A DNA stretch of 64,000 nt, taken from the IMG/VR virus record IMGVR_UViG_3300025597_000613, positions 87,495-151,494 of that record. One strand, written 5' to 3'. Within the stretch, counting starts at the first letter, position 1, and each line of letters begins with the position of its first letter. Under the pieces are notes generated by a model, which was not told the DNA's origin, made no database searches, and worked only from the letters and a program-made list of their open reading frames with translations. Shown here piece after piece: positions 1-8,751 of the stretch. The position numbers and the translations under genes were made by a program. The stretch is from a virus (taxonomy: Duplodnaviria; Heunggongvirae; Uroviricota; Caudoviricetes).

Positions 1-1359
1 GTAAAATTCTTCCATTTCGAGAACATTGAATCTATCGTTCCACCAGGCCGCGAATGTATATTTGCCACCCTTTGATTCCCATTCAGCAATAGCTTCATTT
101 GTACGATCAAGGCGAATTTGCCCAATAATCGTTTCGGGACTCATGTTGAAGGCACGAATTACAGATGGATACAACGACTTCATGTCGGTAGATGCGACGT
201 ATTTGTGATAACCCTTCTTTGGAGTAGCTACCCAGCCACCTGCTGCACGATTATCTGTTTCTTCTTTATCGCGCTTCTTGTCTGGGCACACCATATTCTT
301 GCTGTGTGCTTCCATTAAGACGTTTTGGTCAGTAACCGCCACCGCACCCATTGTTGTCTGAATTAGAACACAACTTGCATGAGCAATAGAATTGGCTAAT
401 CCGATAAAATCGAGTTTCTTATCAAGTCTGTCAAGTAGTCGAGTATCTTGAATGTTATATTCTAAGAATTTCTTAAAGTCATCATTGTACAACTCATCCA
501 ATGTGCCGTCATAGGCAACTTTACTTTCGCCTAATTCAATATCGGCAATAGCATTGAGTGCATATGAATGTCTTTCTTCGTAATTATATTTCTTGTATAG
601 TTGAAGATAGTCGATGTGTACACGGCCGATCAAGTCGTATGTTGGCTGTGTTTTTCCACCTCTTTCAAACTCACGCACCTTAGGTTCTGCATCCCATAGG
701 CATAGACGACGAGCCTCATGTCTTCCAAGAACTTTCTTGATACGATTTACAATATAGGGAATATCATATGCTTCACTGTTCCAGCCGCTCAAAACATCGG
801 CGTCCTCAATGACACTAATGAATGCTTCAAGCATTTCACTTTCTTTTTCGAAGAGGATAACATTACCCACTTCTGCTGCAATGGCCTGTGCTTCATCCCA
901 TTTTAATGTTTCTGGAGGAACAGCCAGACAGATAATTTCATCAATCCACTGTAAATGCACAGAAATTGATGTGATATAATTGTTTGCGTCACTTGCTTCT
1001 GACCAGCCCGATTCCTTATCGAAACTGGTTTCAATGTCGAAGAACGCCACATTCATTGCTGGCGCTTCAATGCCCTGATAGTTGTGCTCAAGACAACGGA
1101 AGATGGGATCCACATCGCTTTCCCAGCGTTTTGTGTTTCCCGATAGTGTTTTCATTAACTTTTGCTTTTCGGCAAAAGTGCGTGGAACAAGTTTCTTTAC
1201 AGGATCACCGTAAATAGATTTGCTTGTACCGCGTGGATCTGTAACGAAGAAGTGATAATCGGGCTGAAATTCTTTGTAAACACGTTGACCGTTAACACGC
1301 TCAACAATTTTGATAACTTCCTGATCGCCACCTCGTTTGAAAAGTGCGTCAATATACAT
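1..1359 (-). CDS. B-family DNA polymerase, N-terminal part; runs off the window
   Basis: Missing from the ORF track; manual translation from ATG 1359 (MYIDALFKRGG...) stays open to base 1. ExoI FDIET, ExoII GWNSEAYDIPY, ExoIII YNIQD and pol motif A DMKSLYPS. Confidence 0.95.
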   Translation of the reverse strand, partial: MYIDALFKRGGDQEVIKIVERVNGQRVYKEFQPDYHFFVTDPRGTSKSIYGDPVKKLVPRTFAEKQKLMKTLSGNTKRWESDVDPIFRCLEHNYQGIEAPAMNVAFFDIETSFDKESGWSEASDANNYITSISVHLQWIDEIICLAVPPETLKWDEAQAIAAEVGNVILFEKESEMLEAFISVIEDADVLSGWNSEAYDIPYIVNRIKKVLGRHEARRLCLWDAEPKVREFERGGKTQPTYDLIGRVHIDYLQLYKKYNYEERHSYALNAIADIELGESKVAYDGTLDELYNDDFKKFLEYNIQDTRLLDRLDKKLDFIGLANSIAHASCVLIQTTMGAVAVTDQNVLMEAHSKNMVCPDKKRDKEETDNRAAGGWVATPKKGYHKYVASTDMKSLYPSVIRAFNMSPETIIGQIRLDRTNEAIAEWESKGGKYTFAAWWNDRFNVLEMEEFY

Positions 1360-1610
1360 TAACCGAGACCTGCTGCTTTATATAGTTCTTCTAGAGTTTC
1401 GTGATCATCCCTGCGATCATTCATCTTGTTCTTTTGAACGTCGGTGATAAGTCTGTTGACAATAGCCGGTTTTACTTCCAGTTCATCGGCGACAGCCTTA
1501 ACAGTTTCCTTAAGACCTTGTTTTAGATCTTCACATTCTTGTAATACCTGAACACCGTCTTTTACAAGCTGTTTTAATCTTGCAATATTTTCTGGTGATA
1601 ATTTTGCCAT
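1359..1610 (-). CDS. Small dsDNA-binding protein, T4 DsbA/GapR-like
   Basis: 83 aa helical protein with the pattern LKETVKAVADELEVKPAIVNRLI; TAATG-coupled to the polymerase. Confidence 0.55.
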   Translation of the reverse strand: MAKLSPENIARLKQLVKDGVQVLQECEDLKQGLKETVKAVADELEVKPAIVNRLITDVQKNKMNDRRDDHETLEELYKAAGLG

Positions 1611-1645
1611 GCGAACTCCTTTGTGACATACTTAGCTATCTAGCA

Positions 1646-1674
1646 AGTGTAACGGAGAAGTTCTTGAGTGTCAA
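1646..1674 (-). promoter_or_regulatory. sigma70 promoter for the dsbA-like/polB operon
   Basis: TTGACA-N17-TACACT on the minus strand. Confidence 0.8.
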
Positions 1675-1687
1675 TGTACGGATTTCG

Positions 1688-2278
1688 TTAGAATTTTCCG
1701 TAAGCATTTCCTGTGATGGGGTCGTTGGATCCCTTATACATATGTGGATCATATCCATGTATAGGAGATAATATGCCTCGATTCTGACGACCATCGCTTG
1801 AGTCCCCTTTGAATCTAATCATCTGGTCGGGCATTACTCTATTCAACCATTCAACGACAAGTGGTCGAACATCGCGAGAGGGTTCGGTTTCTTCAATGGC
1901 TCTGAATTGGTCTGACAATTCATCGTCAATGATAACCTCATTTAGATAGATAGGAGCTATTGCAGCCGGAATTGGCCTATCCATCAATTCCTTAATTAAT
2001 TCAAAATCTTCACTTGTAATAGGACACTTATGAACTGCTTCAGAAATTTGTTTTTCAGCGACAGCATGCAATCTTCCGATTGTATCCTTTAGTTCGTGAT
2101 AATCATCGCGCAACTTTGATTTTAGAAATTCTTTACCTGCTGCGGAAGTATTAGGATCGAAGATCTTATCGACATATCTATCCATGCGTGCTTGCAAGGC
2201 ATCGATTTTCCTTGCAACCTGCGGGGATAGGCTTCTATCCTTCAATGTTTTGGGTAATAAAATTTCAAATACTTTCAT
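1688..2278 (-). CDS. Hypothetical late protein, possible head-internal protein
   Basis: Likely start MKVFEILL, 5 nt after ATAAATA. Confidence 0.6.
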   Translation of the reverse strand: MKVFEILLPKTLKDRSLSPQVARKIDALQARMDRYVDKIFDPNTSAAGKEFLKSKLRDDYHELKDTIGRLHAVAEKQISEAVHKCPITSEDFELIKELMDRPIPAAIAPIYLNEVIIDDELSDQFRAIEETEPSRDVRPLVVEWLNRVMPDQMIRFKGDSSDGRQNRGILSPIHGYDPHMYKGSNDPITGNAYGKF

Positions 2279-2283
2279 ACCCA

Positions 2284-2290
2284 TATTTAT
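2284..2290 (-). promoter_or_regulatory. T4-type late promoter ATAAATA (representative of about 18 copies)
   Basis: Minus-strand copies at 2284, 2776, 3693, 6693, 11424, 16226, 17527, 22090, 28142, 33350, 37757, 38815, 39700, 40604 and 49037. Plus-strand copies at 16301, 29332 and 51237. A variant CTAAATA at 46679. Almost all lie just upstream of a gene. T4 late consensus is TATAAATA. Confidence 0.85.
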
Positions 2291-2292
2291 CA

Positions 2293-2331
2293 CAAAAAAG
2301 AAAAATGGGCAAGCCTTTAGGACTTGCCCAT
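2293..2331 (-). terminator. Intrinsic terminator
   Basis: ATGGGCAAG/CTTGCCCAT stem followed by a U-rich tract on the minus strand. Confidence 0.8.
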
Positions 2332-2345
2332 AATTCTAATCAATT

Positions 2346-2705
2346 TTAGATCTCGAATTGCTCAGTTACTGATGCTGGAACTAAATCAACATCATATTCC
2401 TTAGCCATTTCAACAATGATTGGCAATAGAAATATTGAACCGGGAATTGCCATCAGCATAGCAAAGCGAGTGCTCTTGAGCAATTCCTGTGCCATTTTAT
2501 TGGCCTTGTAAATTTCATTCAACGAAGCTTCACCTTGGGAAGCCTTATTGTAGATCTTCCACATTTCCTGTGTGTTCTTAGCTTCTGTTTCAAAGATAGC
2601 TTGAATTTTCTCGAATGTGGTTTTTAGGTCTTCTGGTGTCTTAGGAAGTGATTGAACAAAGTCGGATGTGATTTTGAAAATATCTGTAGGATTCTTGAAT
2701 AACAT
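2346..2705 (-). CDS. Hypothetical helical protein with a C-terminal hydrophobic segment
   Basis: 119 aa ORF with SD AAGGAG. Confidence 0.7.
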   Translation of the reverse strand: MLFKNPTDIFKITSDFVQSLPKTPEDLKTTFEKIQAIFETEAKNTQEMWKIYNKASQGEASLNEIYKANKMAQELLKSTRFAMLMAIPGSIFLLPIIVEMAKEYDVDLVPASVTEQFEI

Positions 2706-2802
2706 ATGTTCTCCTTAGTGCATTAAGCCACTATTGTTATCTACCTCACTATTGAGCGTAGAATGTATAGTAACATATTTATTTGCTGCAATGCAACAAA
2801 CC

Positions 2803-3357
2803 CTAATTATCGGTCTTTTTTAGGCCAAAAATTGTCTGTTGGTAAATTTCTTCCTTTAACGACTCATTTAATCGTGTAGGTAGGCCTTCCAGAAATTTTT
2901 TAGAATTTCCAGTAAGGGCATACTCTCGTAATTTGGAACTACTGATGCCTGGGATGCCACGTGATTGTATATTTCTATCACCTGCAGAGATGATTTGAAA
3001 ATTCTTAATGCCCCATTTCTCAGCATATGGAGTCATTCTTTCTTGATATTCCGGAACTCGATCACCACCGGCAATAAAGATGACTTGCTCATACTGCTCT
3101 CCCAGCTGTTGTAATGCTTGGAAGGGCGTTTTTATTGCTGAATCTAGTGAGATATTTACGCCAGGAAAAGCTGCCTGGCATACGCGGGTCTTAAATGCCC
3201 AATTAAGTGGATCCTTGTCGGATTTTTGTGTCTGAGAAAGAAAGACAGCATGGTCGGAACCATGCTGTCTTGAAACCTCAAGTAACTTGAGTATAAGGCG
3301 TTCATGACCCCTCGTCGGAGGATTCATTCTGCCAAACGTAAACACAACACTTCTCAT
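2803..3357 (-). CDS. HxGH-type nucleotidyltransferase (phage cytidylyltransferase-like)
   Basis: FTFGRMNPPTRGHERL motif and a C-terminal ISSSKLRE. Confidence 0.8.
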   Translation of the reverse strand: MRSVVFTFGRMNPPTRGHERLILKLLEVSRQHGSDHAVFLSQTQKSDKDPLNWAFKTRVCQAAFPGVNISLDSAIKTPFQALQQLGEQYEQVIFIAGGDRVPEYQERMTPYAEKWGIKNFQIISAGDRNIQSRGIPGISSSKLREYALTGNSKKFLEGLPTRLNESLKEEIYQQTIFGLKKTDN

Positions 3358-3362
3358 AATGT

Positions 3363-3391
3363 ATTGTAACGTCTACGTAAGGAAATGTCAA
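3363..3391 (-). promoter_or_regulatory. sigma70 promoter, probably giving a leaderless mRNA
   Basis: TTGACA-N17-TACAAT with the ATG only 5 nt downstream and no SD. Confidence 0.75.
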
Positions 3392-3670
3392 TTAACCTTG
3401 AGCGGCTTCCTTAGCCACTGCAACCTTAGCCTGTTCTACACGGGCAGCATCTTTATTGTCTAGCATCTTATTGAGGCCGGTATTACCTGCACCATAAGCA
3501 AGATAGGCAAGAAAATATTCGATGTTCATCCCACCGAGAATAACAAGCTTCCACATGAAAACTGTGGCAGCTACGGCCACAAGCATAGCAATAATGCGTG
3601 CTGAAGAATATCTTCCGGTTGCGTTGTCCTGCAAGGACTCCTTTACCATTTTGCAAAATGTCTGAAACAT
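3392..3670 (-). CDS. Small two-TM membrane protein (holin-like)
   Basis: Two hydrophobic helices and a charged C-tail; late promoter TATAAATA at 3693-3700. Confidence 0.5.
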   Translation of the reverse strand: MFQTFCKMVKESLQDNATGRYSSARIIAMLVAVAATVFMWKLVILGGMNIEYFLAYLAYGAGNTGLNKMLDNKDAARVEQAKVAVAKEAAQG

Positions 3671-3701
3671 AGGTATCTCCTAATTATACCCATATTTATA
3701 G

Positions 3702-3732
3702 AAAAAGCCCGGGGAGAAAACCCGGGCTTTTA
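3702..3732. terminator. Intrinsic terminator (possibly bidirectional)
   Basis: AAAAGCCCGGG-N7-CCCGGGCTTTT. Confidence 0.85.
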
Positions 3733-3750
3733 TTTGGAACTAGTAACTAA

Positions 3751-6651
3751 TTAAGCTACTTGGTATTCAACAATAACTTGGCATGAACCAGAACCTGCGT
3801 TCGTGGAGCTTGCTACTGTTGCAATTACCTGTACAGATGTACCTTCTGTTACATATGTCTCAGCTAGGTATAGACCCTGTGTCTGAGCATCGTTTTCAGC
3901 GGTTGTCATGTATGCAGATACGCTTCCTGTCTTACCGATAGACAATGTTGCTGTTGTATCAACTACAGTAACATTTACCTTAACGCTAAGAATTGTTGCA
4001 CCTGCTGGTAGAGCAGCACCAATGTTTGTTGTACCATCGGCATTCAATGGAACTGTTGCCTTAACTGCCTTGATAGCGCCAGAAGCAGCACCAGTCTGAA
4101 TTGCTTGGTCGACATAATACTTGTTGACTAGGTTTGTATCAGCTAGACCAGTTGCATAGTCTGCCGCTGTTGGACCTGAAACGTCAACCTTGTATGATGT
4201 ACCGGAAGCCAATACCATCGATGTGCTACCGGCGACCGACTGCAATGTCAATGTTGTGTTACCACGAACTGTCAATGCCTGACCTGCATCCGACTGGATC
4301 AAACCAGCGCCTGTTGGGCCAACGATAACCGATCCTGTACCGTTTGGTAGAAGAACCAAGTCACTGTTTGTAGCCAACGATGTCAAGAATGCATCTGTAC
4401 CGTCGCTTGCCAACGAAACACCGTTTGCACCACCGATTGTCAATGTATCGGTTGCACCACCGACGAATGTGAAATCTGCGGATTGAGCAAATGCTGTACC
4501 CGAAGCACCACCGAAGAATACCTGATCTTGTGTGATCGAAGTAATGTTTGTACCACCGTGGGCAATATCGACTGTATTCAACGAAACTGCACCGCTCGAT
4601 ACGCTGAACGATGTGCTGTTGAAACTTGCTACACCCTTTGTCGCTGTTGTTGCGTCAGCAGCAGTAATTGTAATGGTGTTGTTTGTTACAGTTGTCGAGA
4701 TACCCTGACCGGATGTACCAGCAATCAACAATGTTTCACCAAGTGCCAATGGATCTTGTGTACCAGCGTCAGCATTTAGCGTGATTGTGCTGTTTGCAAG
4801 CATTGCGTTTGTCACAGATGCGGCATTGATTTTCAAACCTGCCGATGTCTGGGCCAATGCACCGGCTGGATCAAGCAATAGATATAGCTTATCAGCAGAT
4901 GCTGTTCCACGAGTAGAACCATCGCTTGTTAGAATCAAGGCACCGTTTGTACCATCATAAAGATCGATACCAACTTCGTCCGAAGGAAGCTGGGCAATAC
5001 CTGCACCCAAGTTCACATCGAATGTGTTTCCTGTTAGTGTTAGACCGACACCAGCAACATATGTGCTCGAACCGGAGAATTGTACCCAGACGATATTCGA
5101 AGTACCGAGTGTTACATTGGATGTAGTTTGTACCCAACCTGTATCAGCATTTGCTGTACCAGTCTGTACGAATACTGCTGCGGAATCAAGTTCTGCACCC
5201 GAATCAGCATCTGTGGAACGAGTCCACGCACCTGCTGCAACAACATAGATACCATTTTCTGTCTGATCAGTTTGATTCTTGACCAATACGCGATTACCAG
5301 CAACGAGAGCAACACCGTCGACTGTCTGTGTACCGGACAATGTGATGTTAGCGGTAGTAGCTGCCAATACAGCGGTTTTCCATGTTAGACCTGCGGCAGT
5401 AGAATCAACATAGTTCTTTGTGGCAGCATCTTGTGCATTGACTGGTTCTGCAAGACCTGTAATGGAATTGCCACCCATTGCAAGATTGCCAGTCATTGTA
5501 TCGCCGGAAGTATTTACATAGACAGAATCCACAAGCGATGTGATATCTGCCTGAACAACTGGTGTATTTCCTGTTACACGACCAAATGTATCAAGTGTAA
5601 CCTTTACGAAGTCACCCGTGGCAGCCTGAGAAACTGTTGCAAGGTTGATGTCAGTGTTCGATGCGACACCGTCGCCGTTTGTTACAACGATATTACCTGC
5701 TGTACCAGCGATTGTTCTTGTTGTCCATGTGCCGTCGCCTGTACGAACTGAATAACCGGTTGTTGTCAGGCCTTCCACGCCTGCTAGATCATTTGCAAGT
5801 GCAAATGTTGGGTTACCAGCGACACCATCGGCGTTAGAAATTGTGATACCAGCGGATGGCTGAACCAATGAGCGCGAAGCATATGTGTCAGCACCAGTCT
5901 GAACAAGAATACCTGTATCGCTCTTTGCTGCAAGTGCTGCAAGACCTGCGTCATAACCCTGAACACCAGATGTTGCACCAGGGGCTGCTTGTGCCCAAAC
6001 GTTAGAACCGTTTGAGTAGATTACGTTGCCGATAGCCGATGAAGGGAAAATTTCATTAAGCGTATCTTTTGTCAATGCGTAGTCTGCAACCTGTTGAATT
6101 GCATTTGTTACGCTTGTTGGTGTTGAAAATACAGAACCAGTGAAAGCCGCTGCATTGAATGTGCCATCGGTGTTTACAGATGGGCCTAGAGAAGCTTCAA
6201 TGTTGTCGATTTCTGTCTGCAATGCAGTAACAGAACCGCTGGAACCAAGTGTCTGCCAAGCTGTACCATCGTAGTATTCGACTGTTGCGGCGGTAGGTGT
6301 GTCATTATTGACACGGATCATACCTGTTGCAGATGTTGGGCGTGAAGCTGTATTGCCGATTGGAGCAATGAAAGCCGCAGAACCCGAGAACTGCAATACG
6401 CCTGTTCCTTGACGGACAAGTGTGGCATCATTAAGTGTTAGATTACCTGCTGTTGCAACAAGGTTGCCTGTTGTAGCGGTAATGTTACCTGCGGACGATG
6501 TAATTCCTGCAGATGTGAGGGCGGCATCGGTAGAACCGTTTGCAGCCTTGAAGTTGAATGTACCAGCATTATTGATAATGCGTGTACCAGCCTTACCAAG
6601 CTGTAGGTCACTACCTACGCCAATAAGGCCGAAATTTTTTACGTTAGCCAT
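3751..6651 (-). CDS. Large virion structural protein (tail-fibre/decoration-like)
   Basis: 966 aa, G/T/A/S-rich beta-type composition; motifs VTLDTFGRVTG and DAATKNYVD; late promoter upstream. Confidence 0.7.
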   Translation of the reverse strand: MANVKNFGLIGVGSDLQLGKAGTRIINNAGTFNFKAANGSTDAALTSAGITSSAGNITATTGNLVATAGNLTLNDATLVRQGTGVLQFSGSAAFIAPIGNTASRPTSATGMIRVNNDTPTAATVEYYDGTAWQTLGSSGSVTALQTEIDNIEASLGPSVNTDGTFNAAAFTGSVFSTPTSVTNAIQQVADYALTKDTLNEIFPSSAIGNVIYSNGSNVWAQAAPGATSGVQGYDAGLAALAAKSDTGILVQTGADTYASRSLVQPSAGITISNADGVAGNPTFALANDLAGVEGLTTTGYSVRTGDGTWTTRTIAGTAGNIVVTNGDGVASNTDINLATVSQAATGDFVKVTLDTFGRVTGNTPVVQADITSLVDSVYVNTSGDTMTGNLAMGGNSITGLAEPVNAQDAATKNYVDSTAAGLTWKTAVLAATTANITLSGTQTVDGVALVAGNRVLVKNQTDQTENGIYVVAAGAWTRSTDADSGAELDSAAVFVQTGTANADTGWVQTTSNVTLGTSNIVWVQFSGSSTYVAGVGLTLTGNTFDVNLGAGIAQLPSDEVGIDLYDGTNGALILTSDGSTRGTASADKLYLLLDPAGALAQTSAGLKINAASVTNAMLANSTITLNADAGTQDPLALGETLLIAGTSGQGISTTVTNNTITITAADATTATKGVASFNSTSFSVSSGAVSLNTVDIAHGGTNITSITQDQVFFGGASGTAFAQSADFTFVGGATDTLTIGGANGVSLASDGTDAFLTSLATNSDLVLLPNGTGSVIVGPTGAGLIQSDAGQALTVRGNTTLTLQSVAGSTSMVLASGTSYKVDVSGPTAADYATGLADTNLVNKYYVDQAIQTGAASGAIKAVKATVPLNADGTTNIGAALPAGATILSVKVNVTVVDTTATLSIGKTGSVSAYMTTAENDAQTQGLYLAETYVTEGTSVQVIATVASSTNAGSGSCQVIVEYQVA

Positions 6652-6714
6652 GAGTTTCTCCTAATTTATAAGCCGTGCGGCCTTCAGCCAATTATTTATC
6701 CAAGAATTGTATAA

Positions 6715-8748
6715 TCATACATATGAGACGATAATTTGCGCCTGGCCGGTTGTTGCACCGCCGTTGACGAAATTCGCAGTAATGGAGACATCTCCCTGAA
6801 CTGTGTCAGTCCCGAAAAGTATATCTGTGTATGTGGTGTAAGTGCCCGATACTGTCAAGTCAGTTAAACCGATTGACATGAGACCTCCGGGCACCGGTGA
6901 TGGTGGGGATGGGTTATTTACTTGATAACCAATCTCTAATGTTGGACTACCGTCAAAAGGTGCCATGACCTCAACGGTAATCAAAGTAACTCTGCGTCCG
7001 GTGCTTAATGCACCAATTGTAAATGTTCCTGGGCTAGAACTTGTGAAGGATGACTCAAGGGATTTTGCGTCAGTTGAGGCACTGTCCTGATTACTGGTTT
7101 GTATCCAAGAAACTCCATCAAATAACCACATACTCCATTGGTTCACGTTATTACCCTGCCCGTCGTCGCTGTTAATGACATAGGCCTGATCACCCACCAA
7201 TGGTGATAGTGCATTCAATTGTGGAATATCAGCTACCACAGTTGTGGATGCGGTGCGTAGGCCCTCCTCAATGTATAGTCCACAGGCTTTGATTCCATTT
7301 TCAACGGAAATCAGTCCAAAGTCGACTACTGTGGAACCGACAACATCTAAGAAATTAATTGCTCTTGCATCAACCGCAGTGAAAACAATTTGATATGTTG
7401 AGGATGCCGGTGTTGAAAGATCCAACCCCGAACCGGAATTCAGACCTGCAAATGGTACGCCGTTGATATCATTTACAAGGTTAATAATGGTGATAGCACC
7501 ACCTGCGGTGTTTGTGATAGTCAATGTTTGTGCATTGGGCGATGTGGCAACAATATCGGGAATAGCTGCATTGTTGATAGCCTGGGCCATTTGTGGCGCC
7601 TGTGTATAATCCGTGTATCCCGGATTAGATGAGAGAATATCAAAAGTTACGGTAGTTCCGTTGATACTTGCTGATGCAGGAGACGATGCTGCATAGAGCA
7701 GAATTTCTCCATAGGTACCAGATAGATTTCCTAATTGTGTTGAAGCATCTGTGGGAATCAAAGAACGTGAAGCAGTTACGCCAGTGTTCAGTGATTGTAG
7801 ATTAACCGCGTCAACTACCGCCTGATCATCACCGGGCGCAAGAACTGTACAATCTATTCCATTTATTTGAAAAACATTATCGGCTGCTGTCGGCCCTGGC
7901 GCGGTACTTATCGAGACTGATGATGTATTATCTCTTAGCTTAATGTATAATTGGGCACCACCGGGTGTTGTTGTGACTCCACCAGGAACAGTAGTCGAGG
8001 CGTAGATAATGTTACCGACTCCGCCCGGTAGATAATCAAGATTATCTACTATCTTCTGAACAGGATTAACTGTAAACCAGCCTGGAAGAATATCCGACAC
8101 CGATGTTACTCGACCGATAACGAATTGCCTTGTTGGCCCCGATAATACAAAGGAATTCGAGCCACTATCGGCTGCAATTACATCATTTACTGCAAATGTA
8201 TTTCCGACCTGGTATAAAGGGAAATCATATTGCAGATTGATATACTCAAATCTGCTCTGTAGATTCTGCGTAAAGAATGAAGAAACACCTGCAGGTGGTA
8301 CAGGATCGATTTGGGGCAATCCGGCATCACTTGTGTTGAAAATAACATAGGTTCCCTGTGGCGGACCACCATTGCCCGAACCAGATGGATCCCTAAATGT
8401 ATTATATCGATAGATATCCTGTACAATTGCAACAACTTCTGTATTTGTCTTAGATGAGATGCTAATAATTTGCCAAGCCTGTCCACTTGTTACGTTGGCA
8501 ATCCATTGTCCAACGGTAACATCTTGCCCTTCATACATACCGGGCTGACGAGTTAAATAGGAACTCTGTTGCTGTGGTGAAATTACCAAGGTGACACTCC
8601 AACGAAAATCTTTCTGTACAGGAGTTGGATAAGGGTTACCCGGTTGTACAGGAAAATCAGTCGGATTATACCATGGCATTGTTTCAACGCCGATGACTGC
8701 TGTCACATCAGCCTGAATTGCCTTAAGTGGAGTGTTTAAAAAGGCCAT
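6715..8748 (-). CDS. Virion structural protein (baseplate/tail-associated)
   Basis: 677 aa, within the late structural operon. Confidence 0.6.
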   Translation of the reverse strand: MAFLNTPLKAIQADVTAVIGVETMPWYNPTDFPVQPGNPYPTPVQKDFRWSVTLVISPQQQSSYLTRQPGMYEGQDVTVGQWIANVTSGQAWQIISISSKTNTEVVAIVQDIYRYNTFRDPSGSGNGGPPQGTYVIFNTSDAGLPQIDPVPPAGVSSFFTQNLQSRFEYINLQYDFPLYQVGNTFAVNDVIAADSGSNSFVLSGPTRQFVIGRVTSVSDILPGWFTVNPVQKIVDNLDYLPGGVGNIIYASTTVPGGVTTTPGGAQLYIKLRDNTSSVSISTAPGPTAADNVFQINGIDCTVLAPGDDQAVVDAVNLQSLNTGVTASRSLIPTDASTQLGNLSGTYGEILLYAASSPASASINGTTVTFDILSSNPGYTDYTQAPQMAQAINNAAIPDIVATSPNAQTLTITNTAGGAITIINLVNDINGVPFAGLNSGSGLDLSTPASSTYQIVFTAVDARAINFLDVVGSTVVDFGLISVENGIKACGLYIEEGLRTASTTVVADIPQLNALSPLVGDQAYVINSDDGQGNNVNQWSMWLFDGVSWIQTSNQDSASTDAKSLESSFTSSSPGTFTIGALSTGRRVTLITVEVMAPFDGSPTLEIGYQVNNPSPPSPVPGGLMSIGLTDLTVSGTYTTYTDILFGTDTVQGDVSITANFVNGGATTGQAQIIVSYV

Positions 8749-8751
8749 CTA

